A DNA stretch of 32,000 nt, taken from Candidatus Electrothrix yaqonensis (GTDB lineage: Bacteria; Desulfobacterota; Desulfobulbia; Desulfobulbales; Desulfobulbaceae). Positions 1 through 19,156 of the stretch are shown here, piece by piece. Position numbers and translations under genes: made by a program. Numbering within the stretch: position 1 is the first letter of the stretch; the number at the start of each line of letters is the position of its first letter. The DNA lies in NCBI GenBank assembly GCA_047651235.1, contig CP178758.1:1980001-2012000 (forward strand). Reading direction: 5' to 3'. The notes under the pieces were generated by a model. That model did not search any database. It had not been told where the DNA came from and saw nothing but the letters and a program-made list of their open reading frames with translations.

Positions 1-9
1 ACTTAACAT
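1..9 (-). CDS. rplP: 50S ribosomal protein L16 (first 3 codons only; gene continues beyond left edge)
   Basis: The reverse complement of 1-9 reads ATG TTA AGT (M-L-S), with AGGTG 8 nt upstream. It lies 44 nt downstream of the rpsC stop, the conserved rplP position in the S10 operon. Only 9 nt are visible, so the call rests on synteny. Confidence 0.4.
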
Positions 10-53
10 TGCTCTAACACCTGTTTGATATCATCGATATCATCCCGGACAGC

Positions 54-704
54 TTACTGCTCCTGAGACACTTCACCTTCTGCCAACACTTCGCCTTTGA
101 AGATCCACACCTTGACACCGATGATTCCGTATGTTGTACTGGCTTCCGCCGTACCGTAATCAATATCCGCCCGAAGTGTGTGCAGGGGCACCCGGCCTTC
201 CTTGAACCACTCGGTTCTGGACATTTCCGCCCCGCCGAGCCGCCCGGCGCATGAAATCTTAATCCCCTGAACCCCGAAACGGAGTGCGGTACTGATAGAT
301 TTTTTCATCGCCCTTCTGAATGCAATACGGCGTTCCAGCTGGGTGGCGATGTTCTCCGCAACAAGTTGGGCATCTGCTTCAGGACGACGGACCTCCTGTA
401 TGTCAATCATACATTCACGTCCGAATTGCCGCTCAAGATCCCGCTTCAGATTCTCTATTTCAGCACCTTTCTTGCCGATCACAATTCCCGGACGTGCCGT
501 ATGCAGTCTGATCCGTACCTTCTCACCGGTCCGCTCAATCACAATACGGGCAATACCGGCATGATACAGCTTTTTCTTCAAATACCTGCGGATCTGCTGA
601 TCCTGATACAGATTGGCGGCGTAATCCTTGTCAGCATACCAGACAGAATCCCACGTTCTGGTAATGTTGAGCCGCAGTCCTATGGGATTAACTTTCTGTC
701 CCAA
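54..704 (-). CDS. rpsC: 30S ribosomal protein S3 (uS3)
   Basis: 216-aa ORF with the classic uS3 N-terminus [24 protein letters not shown] and the KH-domain GKKGAEIE motif. S10-operon synteny supports it. Confidence 0.97.
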   Translation of the reverse strand: MGQKVNPIGLRLNITRTWDSVWYADKDYAANLYQDQQIRRYLKKKLYHAGIARIVIERTGEKVRIRLHTARPGIVIGKKGAEIENLKRDLERQFGRECMIDIQEVRRPEADAQLVAENIATQLERRIAFRRAMKKSISTALRFGVQGIKISCAGRLGGAEMSRTEWFKEGRVPLHTLRADIDYGTAEASTTYGIIGVKVWIFKGEVLAEGEVSQEQ

Positions 705-759
705 CGTATCCTCCGTTTCCCTATGCAGTTGATCTCAATGACTGTAGAACGGGCCCTAC

Positions 760-1092
760 TCAGGCCTCATCAACAACCACGGTAATGTGGCTGGTCCGTT
801 TCAATATCCTGGTGGCCCTTCCCATTGCACGGGGTCGAAACCTTTTCAGCATCGGCCCGCCATCGACCTGTATCATCTTCACATACAGGGTATCCACATC
901 AATGGTCTCAGTCTGTTCCGCATTGGCAACAGCTGACTCCAGCACCTTGCGCAGAATTCTTGCCGCCTTTTTGGGCATAAACCTGAGGATCGTGATGGCG
1001 GATTCAACATCTTTCCCCCGCACCACATCGGCAACCAGCCGCGTTTTCTGCGGGGATATCCGAATATATTTCGCAACGGCTCTCGCTTCCAT
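760..1092 (-). CDS. rplV: 50S ribosomal protein L22 (uL22)
   Basis: 110-aa ORF starting [27 protein letters not shown], a typical uL22. It sits between rpsS and rpsC. Confidence 0.97.
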   Translation of the reverse strand: MEARAVAKYIRISPQKTRLVADVVRGKDVESAITILRFMPKKAARILRKVLESAVANAEQTETIDVDTLYVKMIQVDGGPMLKRFRPRAMGRATRILKRTSHITVVVDEA

Positions 1093-1163
1093 CGTTATTA
1101 CTCCTGATCGTCGTCTGATTTCAAGCTGATAACTGCAGAAATAGCAGGGACAGAAAAAACGCT

Positions 1164-1439
1164 TTACTTCCGTCCTTTCCTGTCAGCAGCGTGTCCATAG
1201 TAAGTTCTGGTCGGAGAAAACTCTCCCAGTTTATGCCCCACCATATTTTCAGAGACATATACAGGGATAAACTTTCTGCCGTTATGTACGGCAAAGGTCA
1301 GTCCCACCATATCAGGAATAACATCCGAACGTCTGGACCATGTTTTAATAACTTTCCGCGATCCTGTTTCCTGTGCCTTTTCTACCTTTTTCAGCAGATG
1401 CTCATCAATAAAAGGCCCTTTTTTCACTGAACGTGGCAT
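1164..1439 (-). CDS. rpsS: 30S ribosomal protein S19 (uS19)
   Basis: 91-aa ORF with [21 protein letters not shown] and [11 protein letters not shown], plus synteny. Confidence 0.97.
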   Translation of the reverse strand: MPRSVKKGPFIDEHLLKKVEKAQETGSRKVIKTWSRRSDVIPDMVGLTFAVHNGRKFIPVYVSENMVGHKLGEFSPTRTYYGHAADRKGRK

Positions 1440-1456
1440 TTCGATATTCTCCTGAT

Positions 1457-2278
1457 TTATTTACGCCTGGTCACAATATCACGATCAGAACCTTTACGCT
1501 TCCGAGTCTTGTACCCTTTGGTCGGCACACCCCAGGGAGTACATGGATGCCTGCCGCCTGAACTCTTGCCTTCACCGCCGCCCATGGGATGATCAATGGG
1601 GTTCATGGCCACACCGCGGACCGAAGGTCTCCGGCCTTTCCATCTGGACCGACCGGCCTTGCCGAGCTTCTGGCTTCCATGCTCGGAATTTCCTACTGAA
1701 CCGATACATGCACGGCACTGATTGTTAAACTTACGCACCTCACCGGAAGGCAGCTTGACCAAGACATAATTTCCTTCCTTGGCCATCAGCTGGGCAGAAG
1801 CCCCGGCTGAACGGACCAGCTGCGCGCCCTTGCCGATCTTCATCTCCACATTATGGATAACCGTACCGAGCGGGATGCTGCTCATGGGCAGGCAGTTGCC
1901 GGGTTGTATATCCGCATTGTCCCCGGCCATCAGCTGATCCCCGACGCTGATTCCGGCAGGTGCCAGTATGTACGACTTTTCACCGTCGGTGTAGAACAGA
2001 AGAGCCAGATTGGCGGACCGGTTAGGGTCATACTCTATCGCAGCAACCCTAGCTGTTACGCCAGTCTTGTTTCTTTTCCAGTCAACAAGACGGTACTTCC
2101 GTTTATGGCCGCCGCCTCTGTGCCGGGCAGTTATCCGACCGTAGTTGTTCCGTCCCCCTGACTTCTTCAGAGGTCTGAGCAGACTTTTCTCAGGCGCTTT
2201 ATCTGAAAGATCGGGCTGCAGTACCGAGACATGATGTCTTTTACCCGGTGATGTCGGTTTATGGGTCTTGATTGCCAT
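1457..2278 (-). CDS. rplB: 50S ribosomal protein L2 (uL2)
   Basis: 273-aa ORF with [15 protein letters not shown] and the conserved C-terminal [18 protein letters not shown] block. Confidence 0.98.
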   Translation of the reverse strand: MAIKTHKPTSPGKRHHVSVLQPDLSDKAPEKSLLRPLKKSGGRNNYGRITARHRGGGHKRKYRLVDWKRNKTGVTARVAAIEYDPNRSANLALLFYTDGEKSYILAPAGISVGDQLMAGDNADIQPGNCLPMSSIPLGTVIHNVEMKIGKGAQLVRSAGASAQLMAKEGNYVLVKLPSGEVRKFNNQCRACIGSVGNSEHGSQKLGKAGRSRWKGRRPSVRGVAMNPIDHPMGGGEGKSSGGRHPCTPWGVPTKGYKTRKRKGSDRDIVTRRK

Positions 2279-2357
2279 TATTCTGTCCGTTCTCTAAAGC
2301 TGCTAAAACTGGTAACTTGTGTTGTTTATCCGATCTGCTGTCTGGTTATAGCGCGGT

Positions 2358-2648
2358 CTACAGATCTGCCAGAAAATCTATCTCGCCTTCAGACAGGGTG
2401 ATATACGCCTTTTTCCAGTCATTGGTCCGTCCGAAAGATTTAATGCCGACCCTTTTTTTCTTTCCCCGTACCGTACTTGTCCTGACCGAGGCCACCTTGA
2501 CATTGAACAATTTTTCGACCGCCTGACCGATTTCTATCTTGTTGGCCTTCGGATTCACTTTAAATACCAGTGTACCGTGCTCTTCCTGCAGCCTGTTGGA
2601 TTTTTCGGTAAGACAGGGCTTTTTAATTATCTCGTGTAGTACCTTCAT
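2358..2648 (-). CDS. rplW: 50S ribosomal protein L23 (uL23)
   Basis: 96-aa ORF starting [17 protein letters not shown]. Its start overlaps the rplD stop by 4 nt (ATGA), suggesting translational coupling. Confidence 0.95.
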   Translation of the reverse strand: MKVLHEIIKKPCLTEKSNRLQEEHGTLVFKVNPKANKIEIGQAVEKLFNVKVASVRTSTVRGKKKRVGIKSFGRTNDWKKAYITLSEGEIDFLADL

Positions 2649-3268
2649 ACCATCAGCCTCGTTTCCAGCTGTGCCAGACTTGACTGGACAAGCATCAGTT
2701 TCGGATATTTCAGAATATCGTATACATTCAGTCCAGCTACTGGCAATGTCTTGTACCCGACAGCATTACGTGCGGAAAGCTGGACATTTGCGTTTTCGCT
2801 GTCAACAACCACCAGACACCGGTCAAAGTCAAAACATTGCATCACCCCGACAAAACCCTTTGTTTTCGGGGCCTCCAAGTCAAACTGATCAACAATCACC
2901 AGATTGCCCTCAGACATCCGTGCGGAAAGGGCCATACGCAAGGCCAGCCGACGAACTTTCTTGGGCAGGGAATAACTGTAATCCCTCGGTTGGGGGCCGA
3001 AAACGGTGCCGCCGCCGCGCCATACAGGAGAATTCTTGGTCCCTGCACGGGCACGGCCGGTACCTTTCTGGCGCCACGGTTTTGCCCCGCCGCCACGCAC
3101 CTGGCCCCGTGTTTTGGTGGAGGCAGTTCCCCTGCGCCGATTGGCCCGCTGCATACAGACGACTTCATGAAGTACCCCTGTATCGACCTCGATCCCGAAC
3201 AATTTTTCGTTTATTTCAATTTCCGCGACCTTTTCGGCCGAGGTATTGACTACATCACAAACTGACAT
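2645..3268 (-). CDS. rplD: 50S ribosomal protein L4 (uL4)
   Basis: 207-aa ORF containing the uL4 loop signature [22 protein letters not shown], plus synteny. Confidence 0.95.
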   Translation of the reverse strand: MSVCDVVNTSAEKVAEIEINEKLFGIEVDTGVLHEVVCMQRANRRRGTASTKTRGQVRGGGAKPWRQKGTGRARAGTKNSPVWRGGGTVFGPQPRDYSYSLPKKVRRLALRMALSARMSEGNLVIVDQFDLEAPKTKGFVGVMQCFDFDRCLVVVDSENANVQLSARNAVGYKTLPVAGLNVYDILKYPKLMLVQSSLAQLETRLMV

Positions 3269-3297
3269 GTGTATCTCCTTGCAGCCGCCTTCAGCAC

Positions 3298-3930
3298 TCA
3301 GGCCTTGGTATAAATACTGACCAAACCGTTTTTCGCTCCGGGGACCGCACCCTGCACCAGCAGAATATTCTCCTCTTCCCGAATATCCACTACAGTGAGG
3401 TTCTTCACGGTCTTCTTTTCCGTGCCCATGTGTCCGGGAAGTTTCTTCCCCTTGACCACGCGTCCCGGATATGCACTGCAGCCTATTGAACCGGGTGCCC
3501 TCTGAAAACCGGAACCATGCGATGCCTTGCCGCCGCCAAACCCGTGGCGCTTCATAACACCCTGGAAGCCCCGTCCCTTTGAACGACCGGAGACATCAAT
3601 CTTGTCTCCTATTTTCAGGACATCAGCCAGAGCGATCTGCTGCCCGATATCATACACTTCAGGCGCATCCACTCTGAATTCGCGAATATGATAATATCCG
3701 GTTCCGCCGGAACGCTTAAAATGGCCTGTTTCTGGCTTATTCAGTCTGGACTGTTTCTTTTCCAGAAAGCCGACCTGAATGGCATTATACCCCTCTTTAC
3801 CAAGGGTTTTCTTCTGCAGCACGGTACAGGGCCCGGCTTCTATCACGGTAACAGGAATCGACCGGCCGTGCTCGTTAAAAACCCGGGTCATTCCTACTTT
3901 CCGTCCCAGTATTCCGTTTGTTTTCGGCAT
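3298..3930 (-). CDS. rplC: 50S ribosomal protein L3 (uL3)
   Basis: 210-aa ORF starting MPKTNGILGRKVGMTRVF, a typical uL3, plus synteny. Confidence 0.97.
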   Translation of the reverse strand: MPKTNGILGRKVGMTRVFNEHGRSIPVTVIEAGPCTVLQKKTLGKEGYNAIQVGFLEKKQSRLNKPETGHFKRSGGTGYYHIREFRVDAPEVYDIGQQIALADVLKIGDKIDVSGRSKGRGFQGVMKRHGFGGGKASHGSGFQRAPGSIGCSAYPGRVVKGKKLPGHMGTEKKTVKNLTVVDIREEENILLVQGAVPGAKNGLVSIYTKA

Positions 3931-4013
3931 TTGTTTACCTGTATAAGCTAACTCTGTTCAAAGCGATTTAAAAAATCCGCGTTCAACGACGGCCTGTCGC
4001 GGGAACGACCGCT

Positions 4014-4328
4014 CTACGGCAGCTTGATCTCCACATCAACACCGGCAGACAATTGCAGTTTCATCAACGAGTCAATTGTCTGCTGGGTAGGCTCAAGAAT
4101 ATCAAGCAGACGCCGATGTGTCCGCATTTCAAACTGCTCACGCGATTTTTTGTCAACATGCGGTGACCGCAGCACGGTATACTTGTTGATACTGGTCGGC
4201 AACGGAATCGGACCGGCCACTGTGGCTCCGGTTCGTCTGGCGGTCTCAACTATTTCACGGGTTGACTGATCAAGCAGCTTGTAATCATACCCTTTCAGCC
4301 TGATGCGAATCTTATCTGTGGGGATCAT
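4014..4328 (-). CDS. rpsJ: 30S ribosomal protein S10 (uS10)
   Basis: 104-aa ORF starting [22 protein letters not shown]. It is the first gene of the S10 block and starts only 9 nt after the tufA stop. Confidence 0.97.
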   Translation of the reverse strand: MIPTDKIRIRLKGYDYKLLDQSTREIVETARRTGATVAGPIPLPTSINKYTVLRSPHVDKKSREQFEMRTHRRLLDILEPTQQTIDSLMKLQLSAGVDVEIKLP

Positions 4329-4337
4329 CTCTTCCTC

Positions 4338-5528
<1,191 letters not shown>

Positions 5529-5547
5529 CCGTCCGTACCTCGTTAAA

Positions 5548-7626
5548 TCAAACGCCTCGAATCTTATGAATAATAGCTTCAGCCTGCCTGGCCGGAACCT
5601 CTGCAAATGCTTTAAACTGCATGGTAAAAGTAGCCCTTCCCTGGGTTGCCGACCGCAACGATGTTGAGTAGCCGAACATTTTTGCCAGAGGAACGCCTGC
5701 TTTCACCACCTGCATATTCCTCTCCGCCTCAACCCCGTCGATCTGCGCACCTTTTTTATTCAGATCGTTTATGACCTCACCCAGATACTCATCAGGGGTT
5801 ATCACCTCAACAGCCATAAGCGGTTCCAGCAGTACAGCCTCTGCCTTGGCCGCCGCTTCCCGGCATGCCAAGGCCGCTGCAACCCCGAAGGCCATTTCCG
5901 TTGAGCTTTCCTCATCGTATGAACCGCCGACGAGCTGCACTGCAAGGTCAGTCACCGGATACCCGATCAGCGGACCGGAGTCACATGTATCGCAAATACC
6001 TTTTTCCACTGCTTCCAGAAACTCTTTCGGAATCTGACTTTCGTCAACCCGGCTGACAAACTGCAGTCCGCTACCGCGCTCACCGGGTTCAACCTGCACC
6101 ACAACATGGCCGTACTGCTCTTTTGCCGTCCCCTGGGTCTCGAACCGTCCCTCCCCGGAAGCAGAGCAGGTAATCGTCTCTTTATAGGCGACCTGCGGTG
6201 TGCCGACGTTGGCCGAAACCTTGAACTCCTTAATCAGCCGGTCAACAATAATTTCCAGATGCAGCTCACCCATACCGGAAATAATTTTCTGCCCGGTATC
6301 CTCATTCTGGCTGACATGAAAACTGGGGTCTTCGGCAGCTATTTTTTCAAGACTTTCCGCCAGTCGGGCCTCATCCGCCTTGCTCTTGGCCTCAATGGCG
6401 ATGCCGATCACCGGCTCCGGAAAATTCATCTTTTCCAGAACAATAAAGTCTCCGGCAGCACAAAGCGTATCCCCTGTTCCGGTAAACTTCAGCCCGACAA
6501 CCGCGCCGATATCTCCAGCGCTGATCGCTTGCATCTCTTCACGCTTATTCGCATGAAGCCTGATTAATTTTGAGATTTTTTCTTTTTTCCGCTTTAGCGG
6601 ATTAAACACCTTGTCGCCGACCTTCAGCTCACCGGAGTACACCCGGATAAACGCCAGGTTGCCGACAAAAGGGTCAGTTTGCAGCTTAAACACCAGACCG
6701 CAGAACTTTTCGCTCCTCGCAAGTTTCCGGACAAGCGGCGCACCGTCCTTGTCCTCCCCCTTAACCTGAGGGACATCTACGGGCGAGGGAAGATACCCGG
6801 TTACTGCATCAAGCAGCGGCTGCACCCCTTTATTTTTAAAGGCGGAACCGCACAGCACAGGTACCAGCTCCAACGCAAGCGTTGCTTTCCGCAGCGCCCT
6901 GCGTATCTCGCCGGGAGCAATCTCCTGATCATCCAAATATTTTTTCATGATGTCCTCATCGAAGTCGGCCAACTTCTCGAGGAGCATCATTCGGGCAGCC
7001 GATGATTTGCCTCTTATATCTTCAGGAATTTCTTCTTCATAAATTGTTCCGCCCTGACTTACTTCATCATAGCGGTACAGCTTCTGCTCAATCAGATCGA
7101 TTGTACCGTTAAACTTCTCTTCAGAGCCGTACGGCAGTGCCGCAACAACCGGCCGGGCACCCAGCCGCTCTTCAATTTCCCGGACAACGCTGTCAAAATC
7201 TGCGCCCAAGCGGTCCATCTTATTGACAAAGGCGATCCGGGGAATATGATACCGATCCGCCTGATGCCAGACTGTCTCGGACTGCGGCTCAACCCCGCCG
7301 ACCGCGCAAAAGACAGCCACCACACCGTCCAGCACCCGCAGACACCGTTCCACCTCAACGGTGAAATCAACATGTCCCGGGGTATCTATAATATTAATCC
7401 TGTGCCCTTGCCACTCACAGGTCGTTGCTGCGGATGTTATGGTTATTCCGCGCTCTTGTTCCTGCTCCATCCAGTCCATAACAGCCGTGCCGTCATGAAC
7501 CTCTCCGATTTTATGCGAGCGTCCGGTATAAAATAAAATCCGCTCTGTCGTTGTCGTCTTGCCAGCATCAATATGGGCCATTATCCCGATATTGCGGACA
7601 AGGGATAACGTTCCACCTTCAGCCAC
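5548..7626 (-). CDS. fusA: Elongation factor G
   Basis: 692-aa ORF with G-domain motifs [13 protein letters not shown] and NKMD. It sits between rpsG and tuf as in the str operon. Confidence 0.98.
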   Translation of the reverse strand: MAEGGTLSLVRNIGIMAHIDAGKTTTTERILFYTGRSHKIGEVHDGTAVMDWMEQEQERGITITSAATTCEWQGHRINIIDTPGHVDFTVEVERCLRVLDGVVAVFCAVGGVEPQSETVWHQADRYHIPRIAFVNKMDRLGADFDSVVREIEERLGARPVVAALPYGSEEKFNGTIDLIEQKLYRYDEVSQGGTIYEEEIPEDIRGKSSAARMMLLEKLADFDEDIMKKYLDDQEIAPGEIRRALRKATLALELVPVLCGSAFKNKGVQPLLDAVTGYLPSPVDVPQVKGEDKDGAPLVRKLARSEKFCGLVFKLQTDPFVGNLAFIRVYSGELKVGDKVFNPLKRKKEKISKLIRLHANKREEMQAISAGDIGAVVGLKFTGTGDTLCAAGDFIVLEKMNFPEPVIGIAIEAKSKADEARLAESLEKIAAEDPSFHVSQNEDTGQKIISGMGELHLEIIVDRLIKEFKVSANVGTPQVAYKETITCSASGEGRFETQGTAKEQYGHVVVQVEPGERGSGLQFVSRVDESQIPKEFLEAVEKGICDTCDSGPLIGYPVTDLAVQLVGGSYDEESSTEMAFGVAAALACREAAAKAEAVLLEPLMAVEVITPDEYLGEVINDLNKKGAQIDGVEAERNMQVVKAGVPLAKMFGYSTSLRSATQGRATFTMQFKAFAEVPARQAEAIIHKIRGV

Positions 7627-7699
7627 AGCTCCCTCTACACGCTTACATTATCAAACGGCCTTCTTCAACATACGCGGAACACTCCGGAACAACAGCAGC

Positions 7700-8173
7700 C
7701 TACCAGCGGTAATGAGCAAAGGCCTTATTCGCTTCTGCCATTTTATGGGTATCATCCCGCTTTTTCACGGAAGCACCCCGGTTATTATAGGCATCAAGCA
7801 ATTCAGCCGCCAGCTTGCCAGCCATTGTTTGGCCGGAACGCTTCTTGGCAAACCCTATTATCCAACGGATAGCCAAGGCATTACGGCGGTCCGGCCGCAC
7901 CTCGACCGGCACCTGATACGTGGCACCGCCGACCCGCCGGCTTTTTACTTCAACACGGGGACGTACATTCTCCATAGCAGTTTCAAACACAGCCAGCGGT
8001 TCTTCATCCGCAACTTTGTCCTCCACAGCCGCCATCGCATCATAGAACATCCGACGGGCCACCGATTTCTTCCCGTCCTGCATTAGGCCATTGGTAAACT
8101 TGGAAACCAGCACGGAATTGTACTTCGGATCAGCCCCTACCGTACGCTTATTCTGTAATTTTTTTCTCGGCAT
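7700..8173 (-). CDS. rpsG: 30S ribosomal protein S7 (uS7)
   Basis: 157-aa ORF starting [26 protein letters not shown], in str-operon synteny. Confidence 0.97.
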   Translation of the reverse strand: MPRKKLQNKRTVGADPKYNSVLVSKFTNGLMQDGKKSVARRMFYDAMAAVEDKVADEEPLAVFETAMENVRPRVEVKSRRVGGATYQVPVEVRPDRRNALAIRWIIGFAKKRSGQTMAGKLAAELLDAYNNRGASVKKRDDTHKMAEANKAFAHYRW

Positions 8174-8220
8174 AACATCACACTCCAGACAGCATTTACA
8201 AAAAAACGATTACTCAGCGA

Positions 8221-8592
8221 TCATTTAGGCCGCTTTGCACCATATTTGGACCGCCCCTGCCTGCGGTCATTCACACCGAGAGTATCAAGCGTCCCGCGAA
8301 CAATATGATAACGGACACCCGGCAGATCCTTCACACGTCCCCCGCGCACCAGAACAACCGAATGCTCCTGCAGGTTATGTCCGACTCCGGGTATATACGA
8401 AGTAACCTCAATACCGTTGGTCAGCCGCACCCTAGCAACCTTGCGCAGCGCCGAGTTCGGTTTCTTGGGCGTCGTCGTGTACACACGCACACACACACCG
8501 CGCCGCTGAGGACAGCTCTGCAGCGCAGGAGTATTCGTGCGCTTGACCTGTTTCTTCCGTTTCTTCCGTACAAGCTGATTAATTGTGGGCAT
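8221..8592 (-). CDS. rpsL: 30S ribosomal protein S12 (uS12)
   Basis: 123-aa ORF with [26 protein letters not shown] and [14 protein letters not shown]. It is the first gene of the str operon. Confidence 0.98.
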   Translation of the reverse strand: MPTINQLVRKKRKKQVKRTNTPALQSCPQRRGVCVRVYTTTPKKPNSALRKVARVRLTNGIEVTSYIPGVGHNLQEHSVVLVRGGRVKDLPGVRYHIVRGTLDTLGVNDRRQGRSKYGAKRPK

Positions 8593-8626
8593 CCTGCTTA
8601 TTCCTTTTCAATAAAATACACACAAA

Positions 8627-8657
8627 CCTACGTGTCCTCCACATAAGGACACGTGGG
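8627..8657 (-). promoter_or_regulatory. 5'-proximal stem-loop of the predicted rpsL transcript
   Basis: The minus strand reads CCCACGTGTCC-UUAUGUGGA-GGACACGUAGG. This is an 11-bp stem with one C.A mismatch and an uninterrupted 8-bp core (ACGTGTCC/GGACACGT). It starts about where transcription from the candidate promoter would begin and is followed by a U-rich stretch. Confidence 0.4.
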
Positions 8658-8662
8658 CAAGG

Positions 8663-8691
8663 TTTATATCACATGTAAAAAACAATGTCAA
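8663..8691 (-). promoter_or_regulatory. Candidate sigma70-type promoter of the str operon (rpsL-rpsG-fusA-tufA)
   Basis: The minus strand reads TTGACA (8691-8686), a 17-nt spacer, then TATAAA (8668-8663). It sits 22 nt downstream of the rpoC stop and about 70 nt upstream of the rpsL ATG. Identified by eye only. Confidence 0.45.
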
Positions 8692-8713
8692 CCGGAAAAA
8701 TCACCTGCTGCAT

Positions 8714-12769
<4,056 letters not shown>

Positions 12770-12875
12770 GAAGATTATCCTCCCCTGTTAACAGATATAA
12801 CAGATATCCCTGCGGCAGCCAGACTGCCGCGTTCACACATCCTTCTGATGTCCCTGATGTTCCGAAGCTGCCGCC

Positions 12876-16964
<4,089 letters not shown>

Positions 16965-17079
16965 GATCCCCTCTTATTACAATCTGCAAGACCCGGCTTT
17001 CACAGAGAAATGCATCAGTATCAGCTTCCTGTCCGCTCCTCTGTACAACCTGACGACCTCTATCCTGTCTCCAAACGCA

Positions 17080-17114
17080 GTAACGCTACGAGGGATTTCC
17101 CCCCATAGCGTTAC
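17080..17114 (-). promoter_or_regulatory. Strong stem-loop in the rplL-rpoB spacer (attenuator or processing-site candidate)
   Basis: The minus strand reads GTAACGCTATGGGGG-GAAAT-CCCTCGTAGCGTTAC, a continuous 15-bp stem (2 G.U pairs) with a 5-nt loop. No clear U-tract follows (UGCGUUUGG). It occupies the same location as the known E. coli rplL-rpoB attenuator and RNase III site. Confidence 0.4.
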
Positions 17115-17162
17115 ATATAAATCGGCACGTTCGATTGAACGACTGAAAAAAGAAACCGAAGA

Positions 17163-17549
17163 TTATTTAACTTCTACGGTTCCGCCGACAGCTTCAATCT
17201 TCTCTTTAATCTCGGCAGCCTCTTCCTTGCTGACCCCTTCCTTGACCGGAGCAGGTACACCTTCGACCAGCGCTTTGGCCTCTTTCAGGCCCAGAGCGGT
17301 GATCGCACGTACTTCCTTGATTACCTTGATCTTCTGGTCACCGGCAGCTGTCAGCACAGCATCGAACTCGGTTTGCTCGGCAGCACCAGCGTCTCCGGCA
17401 CCACCATCACCGCCTGCCACAGCAGCAACAGCAACCGGAGCAGCTGCGGACACACCGAACTTCTCCTCCAGTGCCTTGACCAGCTCCGAAACCTCAAGGA
17501 GCGTCATTTTTTCTACAAGTTCGACTACCTGCTCAATAGCTTCAGACAT
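17163..17549 (-). CDS. rplL: 50S ribosomal protein L7/L12 (bL12)
   Basis: 128-aa ORF with an Ala/Gly-rich hinge and the conserved C-terminal domain [20 protein letters not shown]...GGTVEVK. Confidence 0.97.
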   Translation of the reverse strand: MSEAIEQVVELVEKMTLLEVSELVKALEEKFGVSAAAPVAVAAVAGGDGGAGDAGAAEQTEFDAVLTAAGDQKIKVIKEVRAITALGLKEAKALVEGVPAPVKEGVSKEEAAEIKEKIEAVGGTVEVK

Positions 17550-17585
17550 CTTTCATTCCTCCTATCCTGAGTAAAAAAACTATGG

Positions 17586-18104
17586 TTAATTTTCTTTCTG
17601 CTCTTTAATAGCCTGCAGCGCATACACCAGATTGGCCGGAGCCGCATTCAGGGTACGGACCAGCTTGGTCGGTACGGCAGCAAGCACCCCGCAGAGCTGC
17701 CCGAGAAGCTGATCTTTGCTGGGCAGCTTCGACAGAGCAACTATTTCATCAGGGCTCAGCATCTTCCCTTCAAACATTGCCGAGCGGACCTGCAGGGTTT
17801 CATTCTCCTTCCCGAAATCCGCCAGAGCCTTTGCCGACCCCACCGGATCGTCAAAACTGAAAGCAACCGCTGTCGTGCCAGTAAAATCCTGCGTCAGCTC
17901 TTCAAAACCGGTGTCTTTCACCGCCAGCCTGAGAAGCGTGTTCTTGGCAACCTGAATCTGTGCGCCCTGCTCCCGCAGGCGGATGCGCAGCTGTTCAAAA
18001 TCTGTTACTTTCAACCCGCGGTAATCAGCCACCACTGCGAATTTGGCCCGGGTAAATGTATCCTTCAGTTCATTGACCTTTGACGCCTTATTTTCGCGAT
18101 TCAA
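17586..18104 (-). CDS. rplJ: 50S ribosomal protein L10 (uL10)
   Basis: The ORF-track ORF extends to 18146. I place the start at TTG 18104 because GGAGGTG (18117-18111) sits 6 nt upstream of it. This gives 172 aa starting (M)NRENKASKVNELKD, a typical uL10 N-terminus. The upstream in-frame ATGs have no SD. Confidence 0.88.
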   Translation of the reverse strand: MNRENKASKVNELKDTFTRAKFAVVADYRGLKVTDFEQLRIRLREQGAQIQVAKNTLLRLAVKDTGFEELTQDFTGTTAVAFSFDDPVGSAKALADFGKENETLQVRSAMFEGKMLSPDEIVALSKLPSKDQLLGQLCGVLAAVPTKLVRTLNAAPANLVYALQAIKEQKEN

Positions 18105-18274
18105 CTGGTACACCTCCATAATAGGAACGGGATTATCGCAGGACAACAGGAATGAAATGCTGAGTGCAGTCTTTCCCCATGAAACAAAGAAAGAATAACC
18201 TAGTCTCGGCCGGCAACCTTGCGGTTATTAAACATTGCTGTACCTGCTGTCTTTGACCTTTCCCAAAATTAGAA
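18105..18274 (-). promoter_or_regulatory. Long rplJ 5' leader (candidate L10/L12 autoregulatory leader)
   Basis: The rplA-rplJ gap is about 290 nt. The part downstream of the hairpin/U-tract contains helices drawn by eye, e.g. AATAACC...GGTTATT enclosing GCAA-GG-TTGC and CGGCCG. L10-binding leaders upstream of rplJ are established in other bacteria, but I did not verify any motif match. Confidence 0.3.
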
Positions 18275-18313
18275 GAAAAAATCTGTCGTGCGGCTACACC
18301 TCCCCGGACAGAT
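18275..18313 (-). terminator. Intrinsic terminator or attenuator-like hairpin downstream of rplA
   Basis: The minus strand reads ATCTGTC-CGG..(loop)..CCG-CAC-GACAGAT followed by TTTTTC. This is a 7-bp outer stem, a 3-bp inner stem and a T-run. It lies about 85 nt after the rplA stop. Confidence 0.45.
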
Positions 18314-18397
18314 TAAAATCCATGACGTGCGGACCCAGCAGACTGTTCTGCGGCATCAGCCGATCAGCCGACCGGATCATTAAAAAATGAGGTAGTG

Positions 18398-19105
18398 TCA
18401 GGCCTTGAGCAGAGTGCGGACCTGTATCGGGTCCACCTTGACTCCGGGCCCCATTGTACTGGACAGGGTGATTGATTTCAGATACACACCCTTGCTTGTA
18501 GAAGGCTTCAACTGGATAAGTTTTTCAACCAGATGACCTGCATTGGCAGTCAGCTTTTCCGTACCGAACGACCGCTTGCCGACCAATGCATGAATGATTC
18601 CTGCCTTATCGGCTTTAAAATCCACTTTTCCTTTTTTGGTCTCCTGCACGACACGTTCAATCTCAAACGTTACCGTGCCGAGCTTGGCGTTGGGCATAAG
18701 ATTACGGGGTCCGAGGATACGGCCGATTTTTCCCACCTCGCCCATCATATCCGGGGTTGCAATGGTTTTATCAAACTCAAGCCATCCGTCCTTTATCTTT
18801 TCCACCAGCTCTTCCGAACCGGCATAGTCGGCCCCGGCGGCCAAAGCCTCGGCCTCCTTTTCGCCCTTGGCAAAAACCAGCACCCGGACGTCTTTTCCTG
18901 TCCCGTTGGGCAGGATAACCGAAGAGCGGATCATCTGGTCCGCATGTCTGGGATCGATTCCCAAGCGGACAGCGATCTCTATCGATTCATCAAATTTTGC
19001 ACAGCTCTTCTTCAGAACGAGCCCGACAGCCTCTTCCAGCCCGTAAAGCACGGTCCGATCTATATGTTCAGCCGCTTGTCTGTACTGCTTTCCATGTCTT
19101 GGCAT
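18398..19105 (-). CDS. rplA: 50S ribosomal protein L1 (uL1)
   Basis: 235-aa ORF starting [27 protein letters not shown], in rplK-rplA synteny. Confidence 0.97.
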   Translation of the reverse strand: MPRHGKQYRQAAEHIDRTVLYGLEEAVGLVLKKSCAKFDESIEIAVRLGIDPRHADQMIRSSVILPNGTGKDVRVLVFAKGEKEAEALAAGADYAGSEELVEKIKDGWLEFDKTIATPDMMGEVGKIGRILGPRNLMPNAKLGTVTFEIERVVQETKKGKVDFKADKAGIIHALVGKRSFGTEKLTANAGHLVEKLIQLKPSTSKGVYLKSITLSSTMGPGVKVDPIQVRTLLKA

Positions 19106-19130
19106 AATTCACAACCTATAGTCAGTTCTC

Positions 19131-19156
19131 CCTCTTCCTGTGGTCAGCAGGAGAGG
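19131..19156 (-). promoter_or_regulatory. Hairpin in the rplK-rplA spacer (possible L1 autoregulatory site)
   Basis: The minus strand reads CCTCTCCTG-CTGACCA-CAGGA(A)GAGG, a 9-bp stem with one bulged A, followed by GGGAGAACUGAC. The 113-nt spacer is unusually long compared with the 19-nt nusG-rplK gap. Assigning it as an L1 site is inference only. Confidence 0.25.

Noticed and set aside
5529-5606. 26-codon N-terminal extension of the tufA ORF, overlapping the fusA 3' end.
   Set aside because: EF-Tu canonically starts MAKEKF, and the second copy starts exactly there. The extension is just open frame upstream of the real ATG.
12790-12830. Tandem 9-mer AACAGATAT x2 (12790-12807) and a 7-bp hairpin GCGGCAG-loop-CTGCCGC (12812-12830) in the rpoB-rpoC spacer. 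The direct 7-mer ACATCAG x2 lies nearby.
   Set aside because: Two copies of a 9-mer and a short hairpin in a 106-nt spacer are within chance expectation. No function is suggested beyond possible mRNA structure.
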